Below, piece after piece: positions 1 through 9,600 of a stretch of 64,000 nucleotides of DNA. The stretch is taken from NCBI GenBank assembly GCA_049523455.1, contig JBEKMW010000003.1, positions 3,736 through 67,735 on the forward strand, read 5' to 3'. Position 1 is the first letter of the stretch, and each line of letters begins with the position of its first letter. Source of the stretch: Verrucomicrobiota bacterium (lineage in GTDB: Bacteria; Verrucomicrobiota; Verrucomicrobiia; Limisphaerales; UBA11358). The translations under genes and the position numbers were made by a program. The notes beneath the pieces are model-generated. The model saw nothing but the letters and a program-made list of their open reading frames with translations. It had not been told where the DNA came from and ran no database searches.

Positions 1-508
1 GCAATTTAAGGCCCCATAATGCCCTGATTAAGGAATCGCGCCCGGCCAGGCGGAGCCGGTTGATTGGGCGGAAACCAAAACAAAGCGGAAAGCGCAAACA
101 ACAAGGAAACGAAAACAAAGGATTTCATCCGCGAATGACCCCGAATTAACGGGAAAACGGAAGTTGGGAACCAGGCCCGCCTCGGGCGTTGCTGCATACG
201 CCCTCGCGGGCAGTTCTTGGGGGCAAGAAGCATCTCCAATGCCTTCGACGCGACACGCACTCTCCGCGCTTCAAAGAACCTCGATTACGAGGACGAGGAC
301 GCTATAGTATTTCAACAAAAACGGTGGCCGAATTGCGAAGGACTATCAAGACGCCCGCCAGGTTTTGGAGTGCGCCAGCCCTCTGGCGCTTTGATACATA
401 GTCAAAGTACGTTGGGAAAGCGGCGGAGGGCCGCCGCACTCCAGGACGCTGGCGCGTTATCCATTCGCACTTTGCGTGGTGGGCGACGGCGGATTTTCTT
501 GAATCGCT

Positions 509-1570
509 CTAATTCAATTTGAACCGCGCACCGGATTCCTCTGGTACAATTTCCAACTGCAACTTTTCCGTGTGCCGAATTACCGTCACCGGCGCACGCA
601 CGCCCACCAGCGCCCCAGTCAGTCGTTTGTGCAAATCGTCAATGCCCGCCACTACCTGGCCGTTGAATTCCACCACGATGTCGCCTTCGCGCAAACCGGC
701 CCGGCTCGCGGGACTGCCCGGTTCCACGCCGATCACCAGCATCCCGGTCTCGTTGGGCAGATGGTAAAACCGCACCACCCGCCGGTGGATTGGCGCCGTC
801 TGCCCCCCGACGCCGATGTAACTGCGCCGGATGATGCCGTCCTTGATAAGCCAGGCGGCGATATACTTGGCCGTGTTGATGCCTAAGGCAAAACACAATC
901 CTTGCGCGGGCAGAATCACGGCCGTGTTCACTCCAATGACTTCGCCGCGCGAATTGACCAGCGGCCCGCCGGAATTGCCCGGATTCAGAGCGGCGTCGGT
1001 CTGGATTATGTTGTCCATGAGCCGACCCGAAGCAGCGCGGAACGTCCGTCCCAGCGCGCTTACGACGCCCGCGGTGACGGTGTACTGGAAGCCATAGGGA
1101 TTGCCGATGGCGATGGCCAGTTGGCCGACGCGTAATTGGTTCGAATTCCCGAGCCGCACCGGTTTCAATTCCGGCGCGTAAACGCGGATGACCGCCAAGT
1201 CCGTTTCCGGGTCGGTACCCACAACGCGCGCTTCGGGCCGCCGGCCGTCGGCCAGCGTCACCGCAATGCGGTCCGCGCCATGGACGACGTGGCTGTTGGT
1301 CAGGGCGAAGCCGTCCGGCGTGATGATAAAGCCCGACCCGCTGCCGCCGCTGTCGCGGCCATCGCGGCCACCGTTCTTGCGCACGTCAATCTTCAGGACC
1401 GACGGGCTGACCGCCTCCGCCGCAGTCGTGACGGCGTCGGAATAGGCGTCGAGCAATGGGCCGTCCCACACCGCTGCCGCCGGGGTCATGGCCGGCGCAA
1501 CTTGGCCGTTCAATTCCCCGTTTTCAACTGTTGCTGGTAACACGTCAAATTCTTGTTCCGCGATTTTCAT
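509..1570 (-). CDS. HtrA/DegP-family (S1C) periplasmic serine protease with C-terminal PDZ domain
   Basis: ORF 509..1597. Trypsin-fold triad contexts TNSHVV (His), TDLAVIRV (Asp) and GNSGGPLV (Ser). PDZ-like GMLVIGVEPGSPASRAGLREGDIVVEFNG. The codon at 1597 is TTG, so the first ATG (MKIAEQ) at 1570 is used. Confidence 0.9.
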   Translation of the reverse strand: MKIAEQEFDVLPATVENGELNGQVAPAMTPAAAVWDGPLLDAYSDAVTTAAEAVSPSVLKIDVRKNGGRDGRDSGGSGSGFIITPDGFALTNSHVVHGADRIAVTLADGRRPEARVVGTDPETDLAVIRVYAPELKPVRLGNSNQLRVGQLAIAIGNPYGFQYTVTAGVVSALGRTFRAASGRLMDNIIQTDAALNPGNSGGPLVNSRGEVIGVNTAVILPAQGLCFALGINTAKYIAAWLIKDGIIRRSYIGVGGQTAPIHRRVVRFYHLPNETGMLVIGVEPGSPASRAGLREGDIVVEFNGQVVAGIDDLHKRLTGALVGVRAPVTVIRHTEKLQLEIVPEESGARFKLN

Positions 1571-1906
1571 AACCACTTCCCGCACTGCGGGATGCAATCA
1601 TGAGTACGCCAGAAAAGGAATCTGTCAAATGGAGCGCCAGCGACCGAAGACGGTTCGGAGTTCCGAGTTTAGGCGGCCAAGGCGATTAACGACCGCCGAA
1701 CCGCCTGAAGGCGGAACTCCAAACAAAGGGTCAAGCGCCCGTTTCTCGCAGCCCAACGGAGTCGCCGTCTGAGGGCACACGACACCACATACAGGCAGAT
1801 TACGCCGTCGGCCACGTTGAACGCGGCTGCCTCCTATTTCCGGTAGAAGTGGAAACAAGACGGAGCCGGTCTGAGCCAGCCCCGCCGTCGAGAATTCAAA
1901 TCGGGT

Positions 1907-2233
1907 TTAGTAACGGTCACGACCGCCGCCGCCACGAAAATCGCGGCGCGGACCGCGGCCACCACCACCACCACCGGGGCGCTCTTCGCGCGGGCGGGCG
2001 ACATTGACCGTCAGCGCGCGGCCGCCCAGTTGGGCGCCGTTGAGCGCGGCGATGGCCTTCTGCGCCTCTTCCGGCGTGCTCATGGTGACGAAACCAAAGC
2101 CACGGGGACGGCCCGAGGCCCGGTCCACCATCAGGTTGGTTTCCACCACTGTGCCGTGCGCAGCGAAGGCGTCTTGAAGGTCGTTTTCCGTGGTGTCGAA
2201 GGAAAGATTCCCGACAAACAATTTACTACTCAT
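1907..2233 (-). CDS. RRM-type RNA-binding protein with C-terminal RGG/glycine-rich tail
   Basis: RNP2 KLFVGNL and RNP1 RGFGFVTM motifs. Tail is [23 protein letters not shown]. Start chosen at [10 protein letters not shown] (ATG at 2233) inside ORF 1907..2257. Confidence 0.9.
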   Translation of the reverse strand: MSSKLFVGNLSFDTTENDLQDAFAAHGTVVETNLMVDRASGRPRGFGFVTMSTPEEAQKAIAALNGAQLGGRALTVNVARPREERPGGGGGGRGPRRDFRGGGGRDRY

Positions 2234-2471
2234 GCTATATATTTTGCTGTGAGACAAACCTCTGCTTAACCCAGACTGTTCCCGTTAATCGGATTTCAAA
2301 TCATCACTGAACCGTGTTCAACTGAAGATTCACCATGCCTCGACAAGCGTCTAGCCATCTAACAGACGGGCCTAAGATGACATATTTGCGGGAAATGGCA
2401 AGCATTATTTGCGCTGAAATTGCGCTGCAATTCCGCGTTGGGCATGGGCCGGAGTCCGGTATATTGGGCCG

Positions 2472-3023
2472 GTGCAAAAATTGCCGCGTGCCTTTTATGA
2501 CCGGGACACGGTTGTCGTGGCCAAGGAATTGCTGGGCAAGCACTTAGTCCACGTCTCGCGGGGCGTGGAACGCATCGGGCGGATTGTGGAAGTGGAAGCC
2601 TATCTGGGGCCGCACGACCTGGCCGCGCATTCGGCCCGGGGCCTGACGGAGCGGAACCGGGTCATGTTTGGCCCGCCCGGCTACGCCTACGTGTATTTCA
2701 TTTACGGCATGTATTACTGCATGAACGTGGTGACCGAGCGCCAAGGCCAGGCTTCCGCCGTGCTGCTGCGCGGCCTGCAACCGGTGAAAAACGTCGCCGA
2801 CCGATCGAGCGGCCCCGGTCTGCTCTGCCGCGCCATGCGCATTGACCGGCGGCTCAACGGCCACGATTTGTTGAGCGATGACTTGTATATTGGCGCGCTC
2901 ACCAGCGATGAAGCCTTCAAAACCGTCAAGCGCCCACGCATCGGCGTGGATTACGCGAGACATTGGGCCAAACGGCATCTGCGTTTTTACATCAAGGACA
3001 ACCCGTTTGTCTCGCGGCCGTGA
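2472..3023 (+). CDS. DNA-3-methyladenine glycosylase (MPG/AAG family)
   Basis: Family-typical stretch AYLGPHDLAAHSARGLTERNRVMFGPPGYAYVYFIYGMYYCMNVV and N-terminal LPRAFYDRDTVVVAKELLGKHLV. GTG start. Confidence 0.85.
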   Translation: MQKLPRAFYDRDTVVVAKELLGKHLVHVSRGVERIGRIVEVEAYLGPHDLAAHSARGLTERNRVMFGPPGYAYVYFIYGMYYCMNVVTERQGQASAVLLRGLQPVKNVADRSSGPGLLCRAMRIDRRLNGHDLLSDDLYIGALTSDEAFKTVKRPRIGVDYARHWAKRHLRFYIKDNPFVSRP

Positions 3024-3279
3024 GCGCGGCCATTGGCAGCCAGTCCTTAACAAATCTTAAGTAACGGCCCCGCGGTTTTGCCGATAAAGTTGCGCCCGAA
3101 AACGAACGTCCAAGCAGACCTCCCGGCGCAACGATCGGACCGTTTCCACGCTTGGATTTATCCCAGCGGCGCGGCCGCGGGAATCGCCGGCGCCCAACCA
3201 ACGGCCTTTCCCTGACCTGGCAACGGCGATTCTTGTTGACGGAACTACCTAACGTACCATAGGCTACTTTCTGTAATTA

Positions 3280-4731
3280 ATGAAACGGAACACGAAAAAA
3301 CCGGGCCAGGCCGCGGGCGCCACCACTGCGCTCGCTTGCGCCGCCACCGCGCTGACGGCGGCGGAAGCCTCCACCAATTCAGTGTCCTCCGCGCCGGTGG
3401 CCGCGACCATTTCAACCAACGCCATCGAAAAATCGGCCGAAGTCCAGTCGCAAAATTGGAACTGGCACGTGCAGAACACCGAGACCGTGCAGGGGTATCC
3501 GGCGTTTGCGGCCAAATATTCCGGCCCGAACAGCCTGCCCGATGGCGGCGAGACGCGGGAAACTGTGTCGCTGGATTTGATGGCAGGGGTCCGGTTGTGG
3601 CGCGGGGCCGAGGCGCACATTGATGGCCTCATGTGGCAGGGGTTCGGGCTGAACAAGACACTGGGCATTGAAGCCTTTCCCAACGGCGAAGCCTATCGCC
3701 TTGGCACCGCGGTTCCGAACGGTATGATCGCACGCCTGTTCATCCGGCAAACCATCGGCTTTGGCGGCGACCAGGAGGGCGTGCCCGATGACGAACTTGA
3801 CCTGGCCGGCAAACGGGATATTTCCCGGCTCACGTTTACCCTCGGGCGGTTTAGTGCTGCGGACATTTTCGACCAAAACGCTTATGCCAATGATCCGCCC
3901 AGGCAATTCATGAACTGGGCATTCGTGAACAACGAGGCGTGGGATTACCCGGCGGACGCCGTCGGATATGACACTGGACTTGCTATTGAATTGAACCAGC
4001 CAAAATGGACTTTACGTTACGGATTTTTTCAGGTGCCGCGTGTCCAGAATACTTTGACCGCAGACGATCAGTTTCTCAAATGGCCCTATGACCCTTCGGC
4101 AGACGGGCCATCTCAAGATGGGCCGTTGTTGAATGCCTGGGCAATGGTGACGGAATTGGAACGCCGTTACAGCATCAACGGTCATCCGGGGACGGTCCGT
4201 GTCCTTGCCTTTCTCAACCGAGCCGACATGGCCGAGTACTCGGAAGCAACGACCCTGCTGGACGAAGGCCAGAGCTTTTTGTCGGCACGCGCGTATCGTT
4301 ACAAGTATGGTTTTGGTTTAAACTGGGAGCAGGAAATCGCGAAAAACGTCGGCGTTTTTTCGCGCTTGGGCTGGAATGACGACCACGAAGAGGGGTGGAT
4401 GTTCGACGACGTGGGTTACACGGCTTCATTGGGTTTGAGCGTCAAAGGTGAAGCCTGGCATCGGCCTGATGACACGTTTGGTCTGGCAGGTGTGGCCAAT
4501 GGCATTTCAAAAGCGGAACAGGAATTTTTCGAAGCCGGTGGCACGGGCATCCTAGCGGGCGATGGCGCCTTGACGTACGGCTGGGAAAAGACCCTGGAAA
4601 CCTATTACGACTTCAAAATCTGGAAGACCATTCGGGCGGCGGTGGATTATCAATATGTGGTTGACCCCGCCTATAACCGGGATCGCGGCCCGGTGTCCAT
4701 TTTCGGCGCGCGATTGCACTGGGAATTTTAA
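3280..4731 (+). CDS. Outer-membrane carbohydrate-selective porin, OprB-like
   Basis: Signal-like N-terminus. Contains WNWHVQNTETVQGYPAFAAKYSGPNSLP, which I recall as typical of OprB-family porins. Aromatic C-terminal end HWEF typical of beta-barrel OMPs. Confidence 0.7.
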   Translation: MKRNTKKPGQAAGATTALACAATALTAAEASTNSVSSAPVAATISTNAIEKSAEVQSQNWNWHVQNTETVQGYPAFAAKYSGPNSLPDGGETRETVSLDLMAGVRLWRGAEAHIDGLMWQGFGLNKTLGIEAFPNGEAYRLGTAVPNGMIARLFIRQTIGFGGDQEGVPDDELDLAGKRDISRLTFTLGRFSAADIFDQNAYANDPPRQFMNWAFVNNEAWDYPADAVGYDTGLAIELNQPKWTLRYGFFQVPRVQNTLTADDQFLKWPYDPSADGPSQDGPLLNAWAMVTELERRYSINGHPGTVRVLAFLNRADMAEYSEATTLLDEGQSFLSARAYRYKYGFGLNWEQEIAKNVGVFSRLGWNDDHEEGWMFDDVGYTASLGLSVKGEAWHRPDDTFGLAGVANGISKAEQEFFEAGGTGILAGDGALTYGWEKTLETYYDFKIWKTIRAAVDYQYVVDPAYNRDRGPVSIFGARLHWEF

Positions 4732-4744
4732 CCACGACAGCGGA

Positions 4745-6283
4745 TCAATGCTCCGGCAAATCGGCGCGATGCCACCACCCGCCGCCGAGGGCTTGGAATA
4801 GCGCCACGGTATCGGCATAGCGATTAGCCTGTGCCTGCACGAGGTTGAGCAGCGCCTGTTGATAGGCCTGTTCCGCGCTCAGTAACGCGAGTTCGCCGGT
4901 GTAACCCGTCTCCAATTGTTGCCGGCTCAGGCCCAGTGTGACTTTGGCGGCGGCGGCGGCGGCGGCAGCCGATTGCAACGCGTCGGCGTCTTGTTCGAGG
5001 GCGTTCAATGTGTCAGCGACATTTTGGAAGGCGATCAGCACGGTGTTACGATATTGTTCGCCGGCCTGATCAAACGCCGCCTTGGCGGCGCGTTCCTGGT
5101 GCAACAAGGCCCCGCCGCGGAAAATGGGCTGTGTTACGCTGGCGCCCAGCGTCCAGAAACCCGCGCCGGAAGAAAATATCTGGCTGGTTTCCAGCGCCAT
5201 CGTGCCGATGTTCGCGGTGAGGGCGATGGTGGGCAGCCGGTTGGCCACCGCTATGCCAATCTGGGCGCTCGCCGCGTGGAGATTTTCCCCGGCCTGGCGC
5301 ACGTCCGGACACTGCTCGACGAGCTGTGACGGCAGGCTCACGGGCAAATCCCGCGGCAGTTGCAAATCCGACAGCTCGAATTTCTCCGGCAAATCCCGCC
5401 CCGGAAAACCTCCGGCCAGCACGGCGAGCTGGTCGCGCTGTAGCGCCAGTTGTTTCAGCAGCGGCGGCAGGGCGGCTTCGGTCTGCGCCAGTTGCGATTC
5501 CTGCGCGGCGACATCGAGCCGGCTGGCGTAGCCGCTGGCATATTGGGCGCGCAGGATTTGAACCATGTTGGAATTGATGCCGATGAGCTGGCGCGTCGCG
5601 TCAATTTGCGCGCGCAGCGACGCCTCCTGAATCGCCGCGGCCGCCACATTCGCGCTCAACGTGATGTGCGTGGCCACCAGTGCGAAGCGCGCCTGCTGTT
5701 CCTGCGCCTTGAAGGCCTCCACGGTGCGGCGGTTCAGCCCGAACACATCCGGCACATATGACACGCTGACCTCCGGCGTGTAGAGATCGAAATAAAACTG
5801 GTTGGCGTTGGGAACCGGCGCGAGCTCTTTCGACGTCCTTTGCCGGGCGGCAGAAAAACTGGCGTCCGCGCTGGGCCAAAAGGATCCTTTCTGCGCCAGC
5901 AGATTCTCCCGTGCCACCGTCAAGGCGGCTTGCGCTGCTTTGAGGCTGGGATTGTTGGTGAGCGAGCGCTCGATCAAATCGTTGAGCGGTCTGGAATGAA
6001 ACAGCGTCCACCATTCGCCGGGCAGGTCGAGTCCTGAGACAAAATGCTGCTCTTCACCCCCGGCGACGTTCGTGACACCGGTGGTTCCCGAGGGCGGCGT
6101 GGCCGTGTAACCGCTGACTTGTGGCGCGGCAGGTTTTTGGAAATTCGGCCCGACGGCGCAGCCAGCCAAGAGCAGGATGAACATCCAACATCCAACATCC
6201 AACATCCAACCCCCGATCCGGCAAGGGGCCAGCCTCGGAATATTCGATCTGGGAGATTTCAAGTTGGGGATTCGTGATTTCAT
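4745..6283 (-). CDS. RND efflux outer-membrane factor lipoprotein (NodT family)
   Basis: 512-aa ORF with lipobox LLLAGC followed by AVGPNFQKP and two OEP-type repeats. It is the last gene of the RND operon. The true start may be internal (MLDVGCW at 6205 or MFILLLAGC at 6184). The ATG at 6283 overlaps the upstream stop as ATGA. Confidence 0.9.
   Translation of the reverse strand: MKSRIPNLKSPRSNIPRLAPCRIGGWMLDVGCWMFILLLAGCAVGPNFQKPAAPQVSGYTATPPSGTTGVTNVAGGEEQHFVSGLDLPGEWWTLFHSRPLNDLIERSLTNNPSLKAAQAALTVARENLLAQKGSFWPSADASFSAARQRTSKELAPVPNANQFYFDLYTPEVSVSYVPDVFGLNRRTVEAFKAQEQQARFALVATHITLSANVAAAAIQEASLRAQIDATRQLIGINSNMVQILRAQYASGYASRLDVAAQESQLAQTEAALPPLLKQLALQRDQLAVLAGGFPGRDLPEKFELSDLQLPRDLPVSLPSQLVEQCPDVRQAGENLHAASAQIGIAVANRLPTIALTANIGTMALETSQIFSSGAGFWTLGASVTQPIFRGGALLHQERAAKAAFDQAGEQYRNTVLIAFQNVADTLNALEQDADALQSAAAAAAAAKVTLGLSRQQLETGYTGELALLSAEQAYQQALLNLVQAQANRYADTVALFQALGGGWWHRADLPEH
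6181..6210. repeat. Heptamer tandem repeat (AACATCC x about 4)
   Basis: ACATCCAACATCCAACATCCAACATCCAAC lies in the 5' end of the OMF ORF and encodes WMLDVGCWMF just before the lipobox. Confidence 0.9.
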
Positions 6284-6621
6284 GGCTTGCGCTTCATATC
6301 ACTGCCATTGACGGCCGCCGTGGTTTTTGCCGGGTTCACGACTCCGGTGAGGGCGGGCAGGGCTTTCCCCGGAGTGGCGGGGCCGCCGATGGCGGGGTTG
6401 CCCGAACCCAAGTGCCGGTCATTGGCGTTCGGCAACTTGATCTGCCCTGCAAAAACAGAACGTGAATTGCCTGGCGCTCCAATACCAGGAACGTTGCGAC
6501 CCGGCGGTGCATTTCGCAGGGGTGGCTGAACGGCGGCGACATTCGCGCTCGGAGGATCGGCGTAACCAGCCTCGTACAAGAACGCGCCCAAAATCAATGC
6601 CGCGAACAAATTCTTTTTCAT
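6280..6621 (-). CDS. Small secreted Pro/Gly/Ala-rich protein embedded in the RND operon
   Basis: 113 aa starting MKKNLFAALILGAFLYEAGYA (signal-like). Its ATG overlaps the czcA-like stop (ATGA at 6618-6621). Its TGA overlaps the OMF ATG (ATGA at 6280-6283). No recognisable domain. Confidence 0.55.
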   Translation of the reverse strand: MKKNLFAALILGAFLYEAGYADPPSANVAAVQPPLRNAPPGRNVPGIGAPGNSRSVFAGQIKLPNANDRHLGSGNPAIGGPATPGKALPALTGVVNPAKTTAAVNGSDMKRKP

Positions 6622-9600
6622 TTTGCCTCCTTCTTTGGCGGCAATCCATTTTCCCGGCTTAGAAACAGCGTTTGCAGTGCGGGCACAACGAGCAGCAGCA
6701 TGACGGAGCCGAACAACATGCCGCCGACCACGACCGTGGCAAGCGGGCGTTGCACTTCGCTGCCGATGCCGCGTGACACTGCGGCGGGAAAGAGGCCAAT
6801 GCCGGCGGACAGGCTCATCATCAGCAGCGGCCGCATCAAGATCGAGGCAGCCTGGAATATGGCCTCGGTCGGGGTGCCGGTGCGGAGCCTCGCCCGATGG
6901 TAGTACGTGACGAAGAGGATGCCGATCATCACCGACACGCCAAACAACGATATGAAACCGATGGCCGCCGAGATACTGAAATTCAGACCGGCGAAATAAA
7001 GCGCAAGCACGCCGCCGGCCGCAGTGAACGGAATGCCGGTGAGCGTCAACAGGCACTCGCGCAGCGAATTGAACAGGCTGTAAAGCAGCCCCAGAATCAG
7101 CACCAGACTGACCGGCACAATCCATTCCAAACGCTTTTTGGCGGTTTGCAGTTCACCGAATTCGCCGGACCAGACCAGATGGTAACCTTTGTCCAGCGTC
7201 ACGTGCTGGGCGATGCGCGCCTGCGCCTCGGCGACGGTGCCGCCAAGGTCCCTGCCGCGCACGCTGAATTTGACGGGGATGAACCGTTCCCCCTTTTCGT
7301 GATAAATCCAGGCCGCACCCGTGTCCAGGGTGATGGTGGCCAGTTCGCGCAAGGGGATATAGGCATTGGCGCCGGTGCTGGTGGTGTAGCCTACCTTGAG
7401 AATGCGAATTTTCTCCATGCTGTCCCGGAATTCCGCCGGGTACCGCACGGCCACGTTGAATTGCCGGTCACCTTCCAACACCGTCGTCGCCACGGTTCCG
7501 CCCAAGGCGGCTTGAATGACGGAGTTGATGTCGCCGGTATTCAGGCCATAGCGCGCGGCCTTGTCGCGGTCCACCGTGATGTTCAGGTTCGGCTGGCCGA
7601 GGACTGGGAAGATACCGAGGTCGGTAATGCCGCGGACCTGCGCCATTTGGTCCCGGACCTGCGCCGCCAGCGCGGTGAGCGTGTCCAGATTGGGACCGAC
7701 GATTTTGACCGAATTGGCGCCCTTCACTCCGGAAATTCCCTCCTCGATGTTGTCTTGAATGTATTGCGAGAAATTGAAGTTCACTCCCGGCAACGCATCG
7801 TCGAAATCGGCCTGGACATCGTTGATGAGCTGGTCCTTGGTGAGGCCCTTGGGCCATTGGTCATAAGGCTTGAGCGGCACGAACAGTTCGACATTGGAGA
7901 ACGGCGAGGCGTCACTGCCGTCATCCGGGCGGCCATGCTGCGACACGACCGTGGTCACCTCCGGATATTTCAGCAAAATCAGCCGCATCTTTCTCGTGGC
8001 CGCCTCGCCGTCTTGCAGCGAAGTGGTCATGGGCAACTCGGCGCGGATCCAGAGATTTCCTTCGTCCAGCGCCGGCAGAAATTCGCTGCCCAGCCGCGTG
8101 CCGAAGATCCCCGCCACGGCCAGGAAGAGAAACCCAATCCCGATCACCAGGCCGCGATGCCCCAAAGCAAAGCGCAGCGTGGGATCATACAACCGGTGCA
8201 GGCCCTGGACGATGATGGTCTTGGCTTCCTTCAAATGTTCCGGCAACAGGAAAGACGCCAGCACGGGGGTGACGGTGAAGGTGGCGATCAACGCTCCCGT
8301 CAAGGCGTATGCGTAAGTTCGCGCCATGGGGCCGAAGATGGCGCCCTCGACACCCTGCATCGTGAACAGCGGCACAAACGCAGCCACGATGATGAGCACC
8401 GAGAAAAACACCGCCTTATTGATCTGCATGGCGCTGACCAATATCAGCCGCAGCCGGTCAGTCCAGCCGTGGATCGGCGCGGCATGGTCTGCCGCCTTGC
8501 TGGGGTCCGCTCCCCAAACGCCCGCCGCCAGCCGGTCCAGCAAACTTTTTCTTTCTTCGACCGGCCTTTGGAAATTTCGAAAGATATTCTCCATCAAAAT
8601 CACGGCCGAATCCACGATGATGCCGAAATCCACCGCCCCCAGCGAGAGCAGGTTGGCGCTCTCGCCGCGAATCACGAGCAGGATGATGGCAAAGAACAAC
8701 GCGAACGGGAGGTTCAAGCCCACGATGATCGCGCTCCGCAAGTCACCGAGAAAAATCCACTGAACCAGGAAAATGAGGATGCAGCCGAAAATCAAATTAT
8801 GCAGCACCGTGTGCGTGGTCACGGCCACCAGCGAACCCCGGTCATAAAACTCATCCACCTGCACCCCCGCCGGCAGGCTGCCGTCGTGATTCATCCGCTC
8901 AATCTCGGCTTTGATGGCGGGCAGCGTCTGGTCGGTTTGATACGTGCGGCCCATGACCACGATGCCAAACGCAATGTCGTCATCGTTGTCCCGCCCGGCG
9001 ATGCCAAGCCTCGGCACCGCACCAACGGAAACTTTGGCGACATCCTTCAACCGCAAGGGAACGCCGTTTTGCTGGCCCAATACGACGTTCTCGATGTCGG
9101 TCACCCGGTAACCTTGGGCCAAATCATCGTTGCCGCCATCGTCAATGAGCCCGACCCCACGGATGTTGATGGATTGCTGGCCAATCGTGATTTCGCGCCC
9201 GCCCACGTTGATGTTCGCGTTACCCAACGCAGTCAGCATCTGCGGCACCGTCAGGCTGTAGGCTTCCAGCTTGTCCGGGCCCACCTCCACGTCAAATTCC
9301 TTGGTCGGCCCGCCCCAACTATTGACGGCCACCACGCCATGCACCTGCAGCAGCCGCCGCCGCACAATCCAATCCTCCACCGTGCGCAGATTGGTGATGC
9401 CAAAATGTTTTGGTCCCTTCACCTCGTAACGCAGAATCTCCCCCGTCCCGCTGTTCTGCTGGATGTTCGGGACCACCCCGCCGGGCAGCGTCACGTTTTG
9501 TTGCAACGCAATGGCGGACTGGCTGAACGCGAAATCGTAGTCCACGCCATAGTTGAAGACCACGCGGACAAAAGTGAGCCCGTAAAACGAAGTGGAACGA

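Noticed and set aside
6-128. 40-codon signal-peptide-like micro-ORF (MKSFVFVSLLFALSALFWFPPNQ...) at the window start, minus strand
   Set aside because: It is very short, with no recognisable RBS or homology, and it sits at the window edge. It cannot be supported from sequence alone.
1135-1155. tRNA T-arm-like GGTTCGAATTCC
   Set aside because: It lies inside the htrA coding frame and has no acceptor or anticodon stem context. No tRNA cloverleaf could be built.
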